Shown here: piece after piece, positions 9,938 through 19,694 of the stretch
How the letters are laid out: every line of letters starts with the position of its first letter
Position numbering within the stretch: the first letter of the stretch is position 1
Source: an uncultured Gemmatimonadales bacterium
GTDB lineage: Bacteria; Gemmatimonadota; Gemmatimonadetes; Gemmatimonadales; GWC2-71-9
Direction of reading: 5' to 3'
DNA length: 64,000 nucleotides
Assembly (NCBI GenBank): GCA_963779755.1
Contig: CAVZZO010000001.1
Span: 1,024,001 to 1,088,000 of the forward strand
Notes under the pieces: model-generated
The model's input: the letters and a program-made list of their open reading frames with translations, nothing else
What the model was told of the DNA's origin: nothing
Databases searched by the model: none
Position numbers and translations under genes: made by a program

Positions 9938-10573
9938 ATGGATCCCACTCCGGACAACGCCGGTCTTCGCTCCCCCGCCGCTGCGGGGGGGCGAAAGCTG
10001 TCGTTGTCGGGAGAGCGATCGCTGCGCGAGCGCCTGCTGGCCCGCGATGAACGGGCGCTGGCGGAGCTGATCGATCTGGCCACTCCGTGGCTGCTGGGGA
10101 TCACCCAGGGGATGCTGAGCGATCCCGATGAGGCCGAGGAGGTCGTGCAGGAGGCGTTCACCATCGTCTGGCAGCGTATTCAGCTGCTGGAGCCGGGTGC
10201 CCCGGGGCTGATGCCGTGGCTGCTGCGGATCACGCGAAACCGCGCCATCGACCGGCTGCGGAGCCGGCGCCGTCGCCGGACCAAGCGGGCCAGGCTGGAG
10301 CAGGAGAGCGGCCTGGAGGCGGTCACCCCGCCGCACGAGCCCAACGAGGCGGCATACCCCGGCTGGCATGTGCACGAGTCGGTGCACGCGGCACTGGCCG
10401 CCCTCCCCGCCGAGCAGCAGGCGGCGGTGCGGCTGGCCTATTTTCAGGGCCTGACCCATTCAGAAATCGCCCAGCGGCTGGATCTGCCCTTGGGGACGGT
10501 AAAGACGCGTTTGCGCCTGGCGTTCGACAAGCTCCGGGTGGCGCTGGCGCCCATCAAGGACTGGGTCCTATGA
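9938..10573 (+). CDS. ECF sigma factor (SigK-like)
   Basis: AEEVVQEAF, WLLRITRNRAIDRLR, LAYFQGLTHSEIA, PLGTVKTRLR; start approximate. Confidence 0.92.
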   Translation: MDPTPDNAGLRSPAAAGGRKLSLSGERSLRERLLARDERALAELIDLATPWLLGITQGMLSDPDEAEEVVQEAFTIVWQRIQLLEPGAPGLMPWLLRITRNRAIDRLRSRRRRRTKRARLEQESGLEAVTPPHEPNEAAYPGWHVHESVHAALAALPAEQQAAVRLAYFQGLTHSEIAQRLDLPLGTVKTRLRLAFDKLRVALAPIKDWVL

Positions 10574-11319
10574 GCAACACGCATGAGTGGTTCATCGAGC
10601 ATCGCGCTGCGTTCGTGTCCGGCGGCCTGGATCGCCAGGAGGAAAAGTCGTTTGTCGACCATCTGGTACGCTGCGAGGAGTGCACCCGGGAAGTCGCGCG
10701 GCTGGAACGGGAACTCGAGTGGCTGCCCATGGCGACGACGCCGGTCGCGCCGCGGCCAGGGTTGCAGCGCAAACTGCTGGAGGGGGCGCTCGGAGTGGGG
10801 CGCTGGCGCTGGAACCGTCTGACCGCGGTGGCAGTCGCCGCGTCGCTGCTGCTGGCGGTCGCGATCTACGCCCGCGACCGGCGGGTGCAGTCGCACCTCC
10901 GGGCCCAACTGGCCCGGCAGGAGCAGGTGCTGGCCTCGCGTACGTCCGCCCTGGCGGCGGTGCAGGATACGCTGTCCGTCATGCGGGACGCGGCCACCGT
11001 GCTGCAGGCCAACTTCACCACCCAGGGCCATACCGGCGGCGTGCTCATCTTCGCCGACAGCGCCTCGCATCGCTGGAATGTGGTGGTGCACGGATTGCCC
11101 CCGGCCGCACCGGGCGAGATGTACCAGTTCTGGTTCATCGCGCCGGACGGGATGATCCGGGCGGCCGAAGTGCATCCCAACGCGGCGGGAGCCGTCATGA
11201 TGACCCTGAGCATGCCCTCTTCGGGGCAACCGGTGCTGGGCGCCGCGCTGTCGGTGGAGCCGGCGAACGAGCAGTCGCCCGGGCCGCAGGGGACGGTCCT
11301 GGCGCACCTGACTCTCTGA
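10570..11319 (+). CDS. anti-sigma factor (ZAS HxxxCxxC, TM, RskA-like C-terminus)
   Basis: HLVRCEEC, single TM, YQFW, ALSVEP..SPGP; ATGA overlap with sigma gene. Confidence 0.9.
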   Translation: MSNTHEWFIEHRAAFVSGGLDRQEEKSFVDHLVRCEECTREVARLERELEWLPMATTPVAPRPGLQRKLLEGALGVGRWRWNRLTAVAVAASLLLAVAIYARDRRVQSHLRAQLARQEQVLASRTSALAAVQDTLSVMRDAATVLQANFTTQGHTGGVLIFADSASHRWNVVVHGLPPAAPGEMYQFWFIAPDGMIRAAEVHPNAAGAVMMTLSMPSSGQPVLGAALSVEPANEQSPGPQGTVLAHLTL

Positions 11320-11322
11320 GCC

Positions 11323-12213
11323 TCAGGCGCTGGCGATCGCGGAGCGCTCCGGCCGGCCCCAGATTCCCAGCCGGGCAGTGTTCTTCCCCGAATCCTTGGC
11401 TTCGTACATCATGCGATCGGCGGCGCGGAGCGCGTGGCTGATTGACGGTGGGGGGCTCTCGAAGGTGACGACCCCGGCGCTCAGCGTCAGCCGGGTGGTT
11501 TCTTCCCGGAAGCTCTCGCGGCAGGCCAGGAGCAGCTTCTCCGCCGCCTGATACGCGCTGTCCGCCTGGGTTTCCGGCATGAGGACCGCGAACTCGTCGC
11601 CGCCCAGGCGGGCCACCGTATCGGTGGAGCGGAAGCACTCGCTGAGCACCCGCGCCACCAGCTGCAGCAAACGGTCTCCCTCCAGGTGGCCCAGGCGGTC
11701 GTTCACCCGCTTGAAATCATCCAGATCCACAAAGGCCACGCTGAACGGCTGGCCGTAGCGCTGCGCGCGGAGCAATTCCTCTTCCAGTCGCTGAAAGAAG
11801 CCGCGGCGGTTGATCAGACCGGTGGCGGGGTCGGTCTGGGCCAGCGCATGCTGCTGTTCCAGCTCGGTGCGCAGGGCAGGCAACAGGAGGGAGATTACCA
11901 GAAAGATTCCCAGCCGGGCGCCCGCATTCCACGCCGGCACGAGCCAGCTTTCGTAGTGGGGGGTCGAGAGGCCGTCGGCCGTCAGCCAGCCGAAGACCGC
12001 GAGGACGGAGATGAGCGTTCCGGCGCGCCGGCCCAGCGGCCAGCTCGCCAGCGCAATGGGAACCAGGTAGAAGAGTGTGAAAGAGTAGTCCGCCGCGGTC
12101 ACGTAGTCGGCCACGCTCACCGCCACCATCAGCGCCAGCGTCATGGCCCAGACCAGTGCCCGGGGCTGCCGCGATACCCAGCCGAAGACGGTCTTTACCA
12201 CGGGGCGTGCCAT
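11323..12213 (-). CDS. membrane-anchored diguanylate cyclase
   Basis: N-terminal TMs; DLDDFKRVND, GHLEGD, RLGGDEF, MYEAK. Confidence 0.95.
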   Translation of the reverse strand: MARPVVKTVFGWVSRQPRALVWAMTLALMVAVSVADYVTAADYSFTLFYLVPIALASWPLGRRAGTLISVLAVFGWLTADGLSTPHYESWLVPAWNAGARLGIFLVISLLLPALRTELEQQHALAQTDPATGLINRRGFFQRLEEELLRAQRYGQPFSVAFVDLDDFKRVNDRLGHLEGDRLLQLVARVLSECFRSTDTVARLGGDEFAVLMPETQADSAYQAAEKLLLACRESFREETTRLTLSAGVVTFESPPPSISHALRAADRMMYEAKDSGKNTARLGIWGRPERSAIASA

Positions 12214-12295
12214 CGAGGCCCTGCCAGGGAAAAGGTGCTCCCACTACAAAATACGCGGAGCGGCGTGAAAGGGGCGTGAAGAGGGGTGGAGACGC

Positions 12296-13795
12296 CTACT
12301 CCGGGGTGGTCCCCGGGGTGGTCTCGTCCTCGCCGCCGTACTGGGTGCTGTCCGGATTGAGAGAGTCGCGGGCGATGACCACGCCGTCGGCGCCCAGCAG
12401 CCGGAACAGCTTCCACTGCAGCTGGCGCGCCGCGTAGGGGCGGGAGCCGTTGTACATGAGCGAGACGATCAGCACCCCGTCCTGCCGGCCCAGGTAACCG
12501 GAGACGGTCGAGACGGTACCCAGGGTACCGGTCTTGGCCCGCACCACGCCCTGGCCGGGGAAGCCGGAGTTGAGGCGCCGGAGGGTCCCATCGCCGTTGG
12601 CGGGCAGCAGCATGGGGAAGTTGCGGCCCGCATCCGTCGTGGGGAACCGCGCCAGGTAGGTAATGAACGTCCGGGGGGTGGCGCGGTCATCGGCCGAGAG
12701 GCCGCTGCCGTCTACCAGGTGCACGGCCGTCAGACCCGTCACCTGCTCGACATGCCGCATCAGCTTGTCGGGTCCGTCCTGCCGGCCCGACGCCCACTGC
12801 AGCAGGAGTTCGGCTCCCAGATTGAGGCTGCGCCGGTTGACGTCGCTCGCCACCGAGTCGAACACCGCAGACTGGACCTCCGCGAGCACCTGCTCCAGCG
12901 AATCGTCGGAGGCGGGGCCGCTGGTGACGGCCCATTCGATTCCCGCCTGGCGCAGTGCCGATGCCCAGGCGCGGGCCAGCACCGCCCGAGGATTGGTGGC
13001 TACCGCGGCGAACCCCTTGCCCCGGCTGTGGACGCCGATCGTACCCGTCACCAGCCAGCCGCCGTTGGACATGCTCTTGAGCCGGAGGCGGGTCCGCCGG
13101 CCGGAAATGGTGGTGGCGTGCACCACCACGAGAGCGCCGGCGCCCGAAGGCTGGTCGTCGGTGACCATGGGCCGCACCCCCGGCCGGGCTCCCGGCTCCA
13201 CCCGGAACGAGACGATGTTCTCGTGCAGTGTCAGCGGCCCGACCAGGGGCGCGAAGAGCCGCCCCCAATGCCGGTGCGACCAGCCCGAGGGATACTTTGC
13301 CTCGGCGGGGCCGGTGGCGCTCCGCACCTCGAGCGGCCCGGTGAGTTTCCGGATTCCCCGGGCTTGGAGCTGCCAGGCGAGATCTACCAGCCGCGGCCCC
13401 ACTCCTTCGGGGCTTTCCAGGGAAGGATCGCCGTTGAGCTCCAGGGCCCAATGCCCCATCCAGCGACCGGTGAGGGGATCCACCGCGCCCTCCCCGATCA
13501 CCCGGGTGTGACGGCGGGCATCCGATCCCAGGACGGTCCGTGCGTAGCCGGTAGTGAAGAGCTTGACGGTCGAGGCAGGGATGAGGGGCTCATCGGCATG
13601 CGAGTCCCAGAGGATCCGGCCCTGCTGGTCGGCGATGGCAATGCCCCACTTGCCCGGCGCCGATCGCTGCGCCGAGTGGTACCAGTGCTGGATGGCCTGC
13701 ACCTGGGCTTCACTCAGCGACTGGGCGGCCAGTGGCTGAACGGTCAGGGTGCAGAGCGCAACGGCAAGCACAGGGCGCATAATGGTGCGGATCAT
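12296..13795 (-). CDS. dacB: D-alanyl-D-alanine carboxypeptidase/endopeptidase (PBP4, peptidase S13)
   Basis: PASTVK (SxxK), SLN (SxN), DGSGLS, KTGT; signal peptide; start at 13795 or 13780. Confidence 0.9.
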   Translation of the reverse strand: MIRTIMRPVLAVALCTLTVQPLAAQSLSEAQVQAIQHWYHSAQRSAPGKWGIAIADQQGRILWDSHADEPLIPASTVKLFTTGYARTVLGSDARRHTRVIGEGAVDPLTGRWMGHWALELNGDPSLESPEGVGPRLVDLAWQLQARGIRKLTGPLEVRSATGPAEAKYPSGWSHRHWGRLFAPLVGPLTLHENIVSFRVEPGARPGVRPMVTDDQPSGAGALVVVHATTISGRRTRLRLKSMSNGGWLVTGTIGVHSRGKGFAAVATNPRAVLARAWASALRQAGIEWAVTSGPASDDSLEQVLAEVQSAVFDSVASDVNRRSLNLGAELLLQWASGRQDGPDKLMRHVEQVTGLTAVHLVDGSGLSADDRATPRTFITYLARFPTTDAGRNFPMLLPANGDGTLRRLNSGFPGQGVVRAKTGTLGTVSTVSGYLGRQDGVLIVSLMYNGSRPYAARQLQWKLFRLLGADGVVIARDSLNPDSTQYGGEDETTPGTTPE

Positions 13796-14061
13796 CGGCG
13801 ACGCAGCTCGAAGATCGAGTCCGGATTGAGGCGTGGCGTGAAGGACGGGGGGTGTCCCGTGGTGCTTCAGGAATAACGGATAGTATCGCTGCAAGCTTCG
13901 GGCCTCCGGCGGGAGGGCCGCTCTATCGGTTGCCCGAGGGGGAAACGTAGTGACGACAAGGACTTCGAAAAGACCCGGGCGTTGCGGAATGCCCGGGAGT
14001 GTGGCAGGGATACGAAAGGACTGAGGGCTGAGGGCTCGGGAGGACTGAGTGCCGGGTTGCG

Positions 14062-15686
14062 CTAGTCGCTTGCCGGCATTCCCGGTTTCCAGCGCCACAG
14101 GTAAAGCCGGATCGTTCCGCACCGTCCCTGGCACAGCTCCTCTCCCTCGGCCGACAGGGTGTCCAGCAGTTCAGGAGACAGGTTGTTGAAGGTGGCGTAC
14201 TTCTCCTCGAAGCCAACAACTACCCCCGGGGCGCCGGGGAAATGTGCCCGCAGGCTCGCCGGCGTGGTGAGCACGGGGACTCCGGCGTAGACGTCGGGGC
14301 TGCCCATCGGCTTGCGTTTGAACCCGCCTGGCGTGCCTTTGCCGGTGTCCGCTCGTTCCCAGCTTTCCAGCAGGGCACGCTGAACGGTGAAGTCGAGTTT
14401 GCCCCAGTAGAACAGGGCCGGGAGGGGAGAGGCGTTGCCCCAGGGGAGCGTGCGCAGTGTGGAGTCGTGCTGGAGGATGGCGCGGCTGGCGCGCCAGTCG
14501 GCAATGGGAGGTGCATGAACCTCTCGACGGGTGCGGTTGAATGCCGGCTGGGTGATCCACGCGGTGACTCCGACAATGCCGACCACTCCCGCAGCGAAAA
14601 GCGGCCGGAGCCGGGCCGCGTCACGCAGCCAGGCAAAGAGGGCCAGCGTGCTCCACGCGGCCGTGATGGCGGTCGCCAGCAGAAACGCGGGCACCGCGAG
14701 GAGGATGTAGCGCTCCGCTTTCCAGGGGAACACGAGGCTGTGCAGCAACACCGGAAGGCCGAACCACACGCCGAGGAACACTCCCAGGCGTGGTCGCCGG
14801 AGCAGCAGCAGCAGCCAGATCAGAGGAATGAGCGAGACGGCCAGGGGAAAATGCGCCGAGAGAATGCGATAGTACCCGGTGATGGGTCCCCCGCCGGGGG
14901 CGCTCAGTTCGGCCCAGAGCGGCACCGCGCCCGCCCGCCAGAAGAGGTAGCTCACCAGGCCGGGCCGGACCGCGACGACTGCAATTGCGGCGACCAGGCC
15001 CGCCGTGGCCGCCTGCAGAGGGGCGCTGCGCCGCCAGGCCTCGCCTCCGAGCCGGCGCCAGTCGGCGAGGCCGAACAGGGCGAGCAGGGCACAAAAACCC
15101 GCCGCGGTGCTCAGGGTGACGATCTGTTCGCGGGTCGCCAGGCCGAAGGCCACAGTTGTCGCGGCGAGCCAGGCCCATTGGCGGCCCAGGGCCGGACCTG
15201 GCGGGGCGGGAGGGGCCGGGGCCGGGTCGCGCAGCAGCCGCCACGCGGCGTAGAGCGCCACCAGGCCGAAGGTGAGCTGCAGGGTGTAGAACCGCGCGTA
15301 GCGGGAGAGGTGCACCGTTTCGGGATAGATCCCGCCGATGGCGGCGGCCCACACAGCGGCCCAGGGGCCCGCCATGGCGCCCGCGATGAGCGTAAGCAGC
15401 AGCAAATCGAGCGTGCCGAAGAGCGCGGCGGGCAGCCGGGCCGCCCGCTCGGGGGGGCTACCCGCCGCAGGGCCGCCGCCGCCATTCGGGAGTAATCGAG
15501 GCCCCGGTGATAGACCGTTCCGGACGGGAGTCGCGGCGTTCCCTGTTGCAGCACGCCGTGCGCGGCATAGTACTGAATCGCCTCGTCGGTGGCGAAGGGG
15601 GCGTGTCCCAGCGCGCCCAGCCGGAGCCAGCCGCCCCAGAGGAGGAACAGGGCCGTGAGCAGGACCGGCAGCCGGCGATGGTCCAT
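14062..15686 (-). pseudogene. GT-C / family 39 (ArnT/PMT-like) membrane glycosyltransferase split by frameshift at G7 run 15451-15457
   Basis: N-part LR...DEAIQY; one extra base restores ...VAPPERAARLPAALFGTLDLLL... continuing into SRYARFY and ERYIL of ORF 14062..15405. Confidence 0.8.
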
Positions 15687-15699
15687 TACTGATGGTCCA

Positions 15700-15846
15700 T
15701 TACTGAGTGGTCTCCATTACGCGGGAGCCCGGGTGGGGAGCCGCCGGAGGCAAGACGATAAGTTCGCCGACCTGGCCCAGGGCGACGGCTTGTACCCTCA
15801 CCACGATCAGGGTGATGGCCATGAGGACCATGGGGCGGGACAGCAC
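15700..15846 (-). pseudogene. possible remnant C-terminal TM of an ArnC/DPM1-like GT2
   Basis: Manual translation VLSRPMVLMAITLIVVRVQAVALGQVGELIVLPPAAPHPGSRVMETTQ*, resembling RPLLxLGxLLIxxGVQxxxxGLIGE tails. Confidence 0.4.
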
Positions 15847-18512
15847 CCGGCCGGTTGCCGCAGGGTGCGGTCACGTTGCCGGGTGACCCTCCAGGCGGCG
15901 GGTGCCCGCGCCAGCCCGGTGATGGGGGCCCAGAGCAGCGGCAGCGACAAGCGGTGCCGGCCGGACAGGCCCAGCAGTACCCGGCCCAGCAGCCAGGGGA
16001 GCCACCGCCCCAGGGCAAAGCGGATCACCGCGGCGCGCGGGGCATCGCCTTCGGACCAGCGCTTGAGCAGGTAGACGCCAAAGGCGCGCCCGTCATCGGC
16101 CAGCTGGTGCCGCAAGGCGGGGAGGTCACGCCGATGGCGGTGCCACACCAGGGCGCGGGGCTCGTAGCGCAGCAGCATGCCATGATGTACCAGCCGGTAG
16201 AACATATCGAGGTCTCCACCGCCGTGAGCCGGGGTACCGACATCCAGGGCCGTGTCGAACCCGCCCAGGGCCTGCAGGGCCGGCCGGCGGAACGCCATGT
16301 TGGCGCCGACACCGACCCGATAGATAGCGAGGTGGGCCGACGGGGACATGCAGGCGCGATGGAACAGGCGTGGCCGCAGGCCCTTGCCCATGCCGCCATA
16401 GACCTGTTCAAAGAGAACCTGCGCCCGGGTGTTCAGCTCCAGCGGGCCCACCAGGCCCGTCACGGCCATGACGCGCGGATCCCTGAAACCCGCTGCGATG
16501 CCCCGGAGCCAGTCCGGGTCGACCTGGACGTCGTCATCAGTAAAGGCGATGATCTCGTGGGAGGCCTCGCTGATGCCACGGTTCCGGGCCCAGTCGAGAC
16601 CGGCCCGCGGCTCCAGGATGTAGCGGACCGGAAATCTGGCGGCCACCTCGCGGCTGCGCCCGTCCGAGGGCGCATTGTCGATCACGATGAGTTCCACGCC
16701 GGAGTATCGCAGTCTGGCCAGGCTACGCAGGCAACTCTCCAGCTCGGCCGGCCGATTCCGGGTGCAGACCACGACGGAAATCGCGGGGAGCCGGCCCGAG
16801 CCGGATTCTTCAGCACCGGCCGCCGGACAGGGCTCCTCACTCGCCCCGGCCCCGGCTGCCAGCACCGCGCCCGCGCGTCCCGGAAGGGCGGCATCTTCGG
16901 CGCTGAGCGAGACCCAGGCGGCCGGCCGTCCCCGGGCGCGCACCAGGACACGCAGCGGGCCGCCGGTGGCGCCGGTGAGAAGCCCGGGCCCGGGCAATCC
17001 GGAATCCCAGACGGCCACATCGGCGGGTACGAGGCCGTTCCCGCCCTCTCCCTCCTCTCCCGGCGGGGGAAGGCCGGGCAGAACCTTCAGTGTCTCGTTC
17101 CAGGCGGAGGCCGGCGCATACCACTGGCCTTCCAGCGGAGTCTCCCGGGGGGCGGCGCGCCGGTTCACCGAGGGCGCCCACCAGGTCCGGGTGGGCAGGG
17201 TCAGCGTTTCGAACTCCAGGTATTGCGGCCCCGGCAGCGCGCCGGGTGCCGGGGGGTCCGGGCGGAGGAGTGCGTCCGGGGTGCCGCATTCCTGTCCGGC
17301 ACTCCAGGCCAGCCCCGCCAGCAATTCGTTCCCGAGGTCCAGCAGCCGCCCGTTCAGGTGTCTTCCCTCCAGTGGCTCGGTGCCTGGAATGGGGGGCAGG
17401 AGACCAATGGGCACCCGGCCGGCGCGAAGCCGGGCGCCGGCCGGGCGGTACCGTTCCAGCATGGCGCGGGCAGTCCCCAGGCCCGCCGCGAGGTCGAGGT
17501 CGAGCAGCGGCGCTAGGGGCGGCGCGGCGCTGAAGAAGCGGCGCAACTCTGCTTGCCGCCCGGTGTCTCCCAGCTCTTCGGCGGCACCGCGGCAGTACCA
17601 GTAACCGCGGAGCGCGCCGTAGGCCTTCTGGTACCGGCGGCGCAGGCGGAGCAGCTCCAGGAGGGGCAGGGCCCGCTGGAGCAGCCATGCCGCGCGATCG
17701 CCCCAGACCGGCCGGCGAAAGGTCAGCTCACGCAGGCTGGTTCTGGCCCGCCCCGGCGCCCGCCACCAGCGGGCCAGCGGCAGGCTGTTTCGAAGGTCCG
17801 GATGCAGCGTTCCCAGCAAAACGTCGCCCCGCCCCTCGTCTCGTGCCCGCGCCAGCGAGCGCGACAGGGCGGTTGCGTCGTGATGGAAGCCCCGCGCGCC
17901 GGGCACGAACCGGAAGGGTGTCCCGCGCGCGATCAGGCGGGCCCCCAGCTCATGGTCTTCACCCGCGCGCTGATGGAATCCGGGGTGGAAGCCCCCGATC
18001 GCTTCGAACAACTCGCGCGAGAGACAGAAATTGCCCGAATGCAGGTCACGATAGCCGAACCGGTGGTCGCTCCGCCGCACCCGGATGGTGTGATCGTTCC
18101 ACCACTGCCGGAGCGCGCGGTGGAACAGCGACGCTCCGGCGATAGCCGCGGGAGTATCGCCGAGCAGCACCGCATCGGGCGCTTCGCGATGCGCGGCTTC
18201 GTAGGCCGCGAGGAGCCCGGGCTCAGGCTCGATATCATCATCCAGAAACACCAGGAGCGGGGCAGCCGCGCGGCGGGCCCCGGCGTTCCGGGCGCTGCCT
18301 GCGCCCTGGCAGTCCTGCTGCAGCACGACCATGGGGAACGGGGTCGAGGCCTCGCGGATCCGGTCCACGGTGGCCGGACCGCACCCGTCCGCGACCACGA
18401 CGGCCTCGAATGCCGCGCACCCCACGGTCTGCCGTGCCAGCGCCGCCAGCGTGCGGCAGACCGCTTCCGGCCTCTCGTGGCTCGGGATGATGACGCTGAG
18501 ACGGAGCGTCAT
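15807..18512 (-). CDS. multidomain glycosyltransferase with two GT2 domains (about 901 aa)
   Basis: Domain 1 SVIIPS..VVVADG..ARNAG..FLDDD..GED; domain 2 VVCTRNR..IDNAP..GLDWARN..FTDDD..GGGD; start MTLRLSV overlaps upstream stop. Confidence 0.88.
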   Translation of the reverse strand: MTLRLSVIIPSHERPEAVCRTLAALARQTVGCAAFEAVVVADGCGPATVDRIREASTPFPMVVLQQDCQGAGSARNAGARRAAAPLLVFLDDDIEPEPGLLAAYEAAHREAPDAVLLGDTPAAIAGASLFHRALRQWWNDHTIRVRRSDHRFGYRDLHSGNFCLSRELFEAIGGFHPGFHQRAGEDHELGARLIARGTPFRFVPGARGFHHDATALSRSLARARDEGRGDVLLGTLHPDLRNSLPLARWWRAPGRARTSLRELTFRRPVWGDRAAWLLQRALPLLELLRLRRRYQKAYGALRGYWYCRGAAEELGDTGRQAELRRFFSAAPPLAPLLDLDLAAGLGTARAMLERYRPAGARLRAGRVPIGLLPPIPGTEPLEGRHLNGRLLDLGNELLAGLAWSAGQECGTPDALLRPDPPAPGALPGPQYLEFETLTLPTRTWWAPSVNRRAAPRETPLEGQWYAPASAWNETLKVLPGLPPPGEEGEGGNGLVPADVAVWDSGLPGPGLLTGATGGPLRVLVRARGRPAAWVSLSAEDAALPGRAGAVLAAGAGASEEPCPAAGAEESGSGRLPAISVVVCTRNRPAELESCLRSLARLRYSGVELIVIDNAPSDGRSREVAARFPVRYILEPRAGLDWARNRGISEASHEIIAFTDDDVQVDPDWLRGIAAGFRDPRVMAVTGLVGPLELNTRAQVLFEQVYGGMGKGLRPRLFHRACMSPSAHLAIYRVGVGANMAFRRPALQALGGFDTALDVGTPAHGGGDLDMFYRLVHHGMLLRYEPRALVWHRHRRDLPALRHQLADDGRAFGVYLLKRWSEGDAPRAAVIRFALGRWLPWLLGRVLLGLSGRHRLSLPLLWAPITGLARAPAAWRVTRQRDRTLRQPAGCCPAPWSSWPSP

Positions 18513-19690
18513 GGCGTGGCGGGCCGGCGCAAGCGCGAGCGCAGGTAGCCCCAGGGCCCCAGTGCACAACCCCAGAGCTCCAGCAGCAACAGGGAGAGGC
18601 TGCGGTGGCCGGGCCGCCGGAAGAGGGCTCGCACCAGCTGGGGACCCTGGTCCCAGCGGAACCAGCGCCAGGCCGCGAGCAGGGTGCTGGGGTCGCGTTC
18701 CATTACCAGGGAGCGGGTCCAGGCGGCGTACACGCCGGTGCCGTAGCCCTGCAGCGTGGCGCGGAGATCCCGCCAGTCCCGCCGGTGGCGATGCCGGACC
18801 AGGGCTGCCGGATCGTAGACGATGCGGTAGCCGTGCGTCAGGATGCGGGCGAACAGCTCGTGATCGCCGCCGGAGCGGGTGGGCGTGCCGGCGTCGAGGG
18901 CCGGGTCGAACCCTCCCAGCAGCGGCAGCACGCTCTTCCGGAGGGAGAGGTTGACCCCCGCGCCCATGGGCCCGCCCTGGTGGGGGAAGTGGCTGGTGCT
19001 GTCGAAAGTGCGCCGCACAAATCCCCGCCCGAAGGGACATTCCCGCTCGAACCGCTCCTGTGCCGGGGTCTCGAGCTCCAGCGGCATGGTCAGGCCCGTT
19101 ACGCAGAGCACCAGCGGGTCCGCGAAGTTCCGCGCGAGGGCCCGGAGCCAGCCGGGATCGGGGCGCGCGTCGTCATCGGTGAACGCGATAATCTCTCCCC
19201 CCGCCTCCTGCAGGGCCCGGTTGCGAGCCACATCGAGGCCGGGGCGGGGCTCTTCGACGTACCGTACACCGGGAAAGTCGGCCAGCACCCTTCGGGTGGC
19301 GTCCCCCGCCGGGGCATTATCCACGACAAGTACCTCCTGCCCGTCGTCGGGGAGGGCGGCCACGGCGGTGAGGCAGGCGCGCAGGTCTTCGGGCCGGTCG
19401 CGGGTACAGATGGCGACGGTGCAGCGGGGCAGGGGTTGTGGCGGCAGTCCGTCGTGCGTCAGCGCCAGGGCCTGGCGCAGCCAGGCGTCCCGGAGCGCCG
19501 GGCCGCCGGCCTTCGCCAGCTGAGCCCGAAGATCGGCCGCCAGCAACCTGCCGTCCACCACCGGCAGTCGTGCCACCCCGACCGGCTGCCCGGCGAACCG
19601 CACCAGAATGTGCGCGCTATCGGACCCCGCCGGAACGACGGGTTCGGCCAGGGGGCCGGCCAGATCGAGATCTAGAATCGCGCTCGGCAT
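18509..19690 (-). CDS. glycosyltransferase family 2
   Basis: ICTRDRP, VVDNAP, GLDVARN, FTDDD, SGGD. Confidence 0.93.
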   Translation of the reverse strand: MPSAILDLDLAGPLAEPVVPAGSDSAHILVRFAGQPVGVARLPVVDGRLLAADLRAQLAKAGGPALRDAWLRQALALTHDGLPPQPLPRCTVAICTRDRPEDLRACLTAVAALPDDGQEVLVVDNAPAGDATRRVLADFPGVRYVEEPRPGLDVARNRALQEAGGEIIAFTDDDARPDPGWLRALARNFADPLVLCVTGLTMPLELETPAQERFERECPFGRGFVRRTFDSTSHFPHQGGPMGAGVNLSLRKSVLPLLGGFDPALDAGTPTRSGGDHELFARILTHGYRIVYDPAALVRHRHRRDWRDLRATLQGYGTGVYAAWTRSLVMERDPSTLLAAWRWFRWDQGPQLVRALFRRPGHRSLSLLLLELWGCALGPWGYLRSRLRRPATP

Positions 19691-19694
19691 CGGC

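Noticed and set aside
17100..17300. Hidden frameshift artificially fusing two GT2 genes
   Set aside because: The linker reads with normal codon usage in frame and I found no RBS or broken frame; fusion retained, though not proven
18513..19040. N-terminal extension of the 1077-aa glycosyltransferase ORF
   Set aside because: Overlaps the upstream GT2 in another frame; ATGA-coupled start at 18512 fits better
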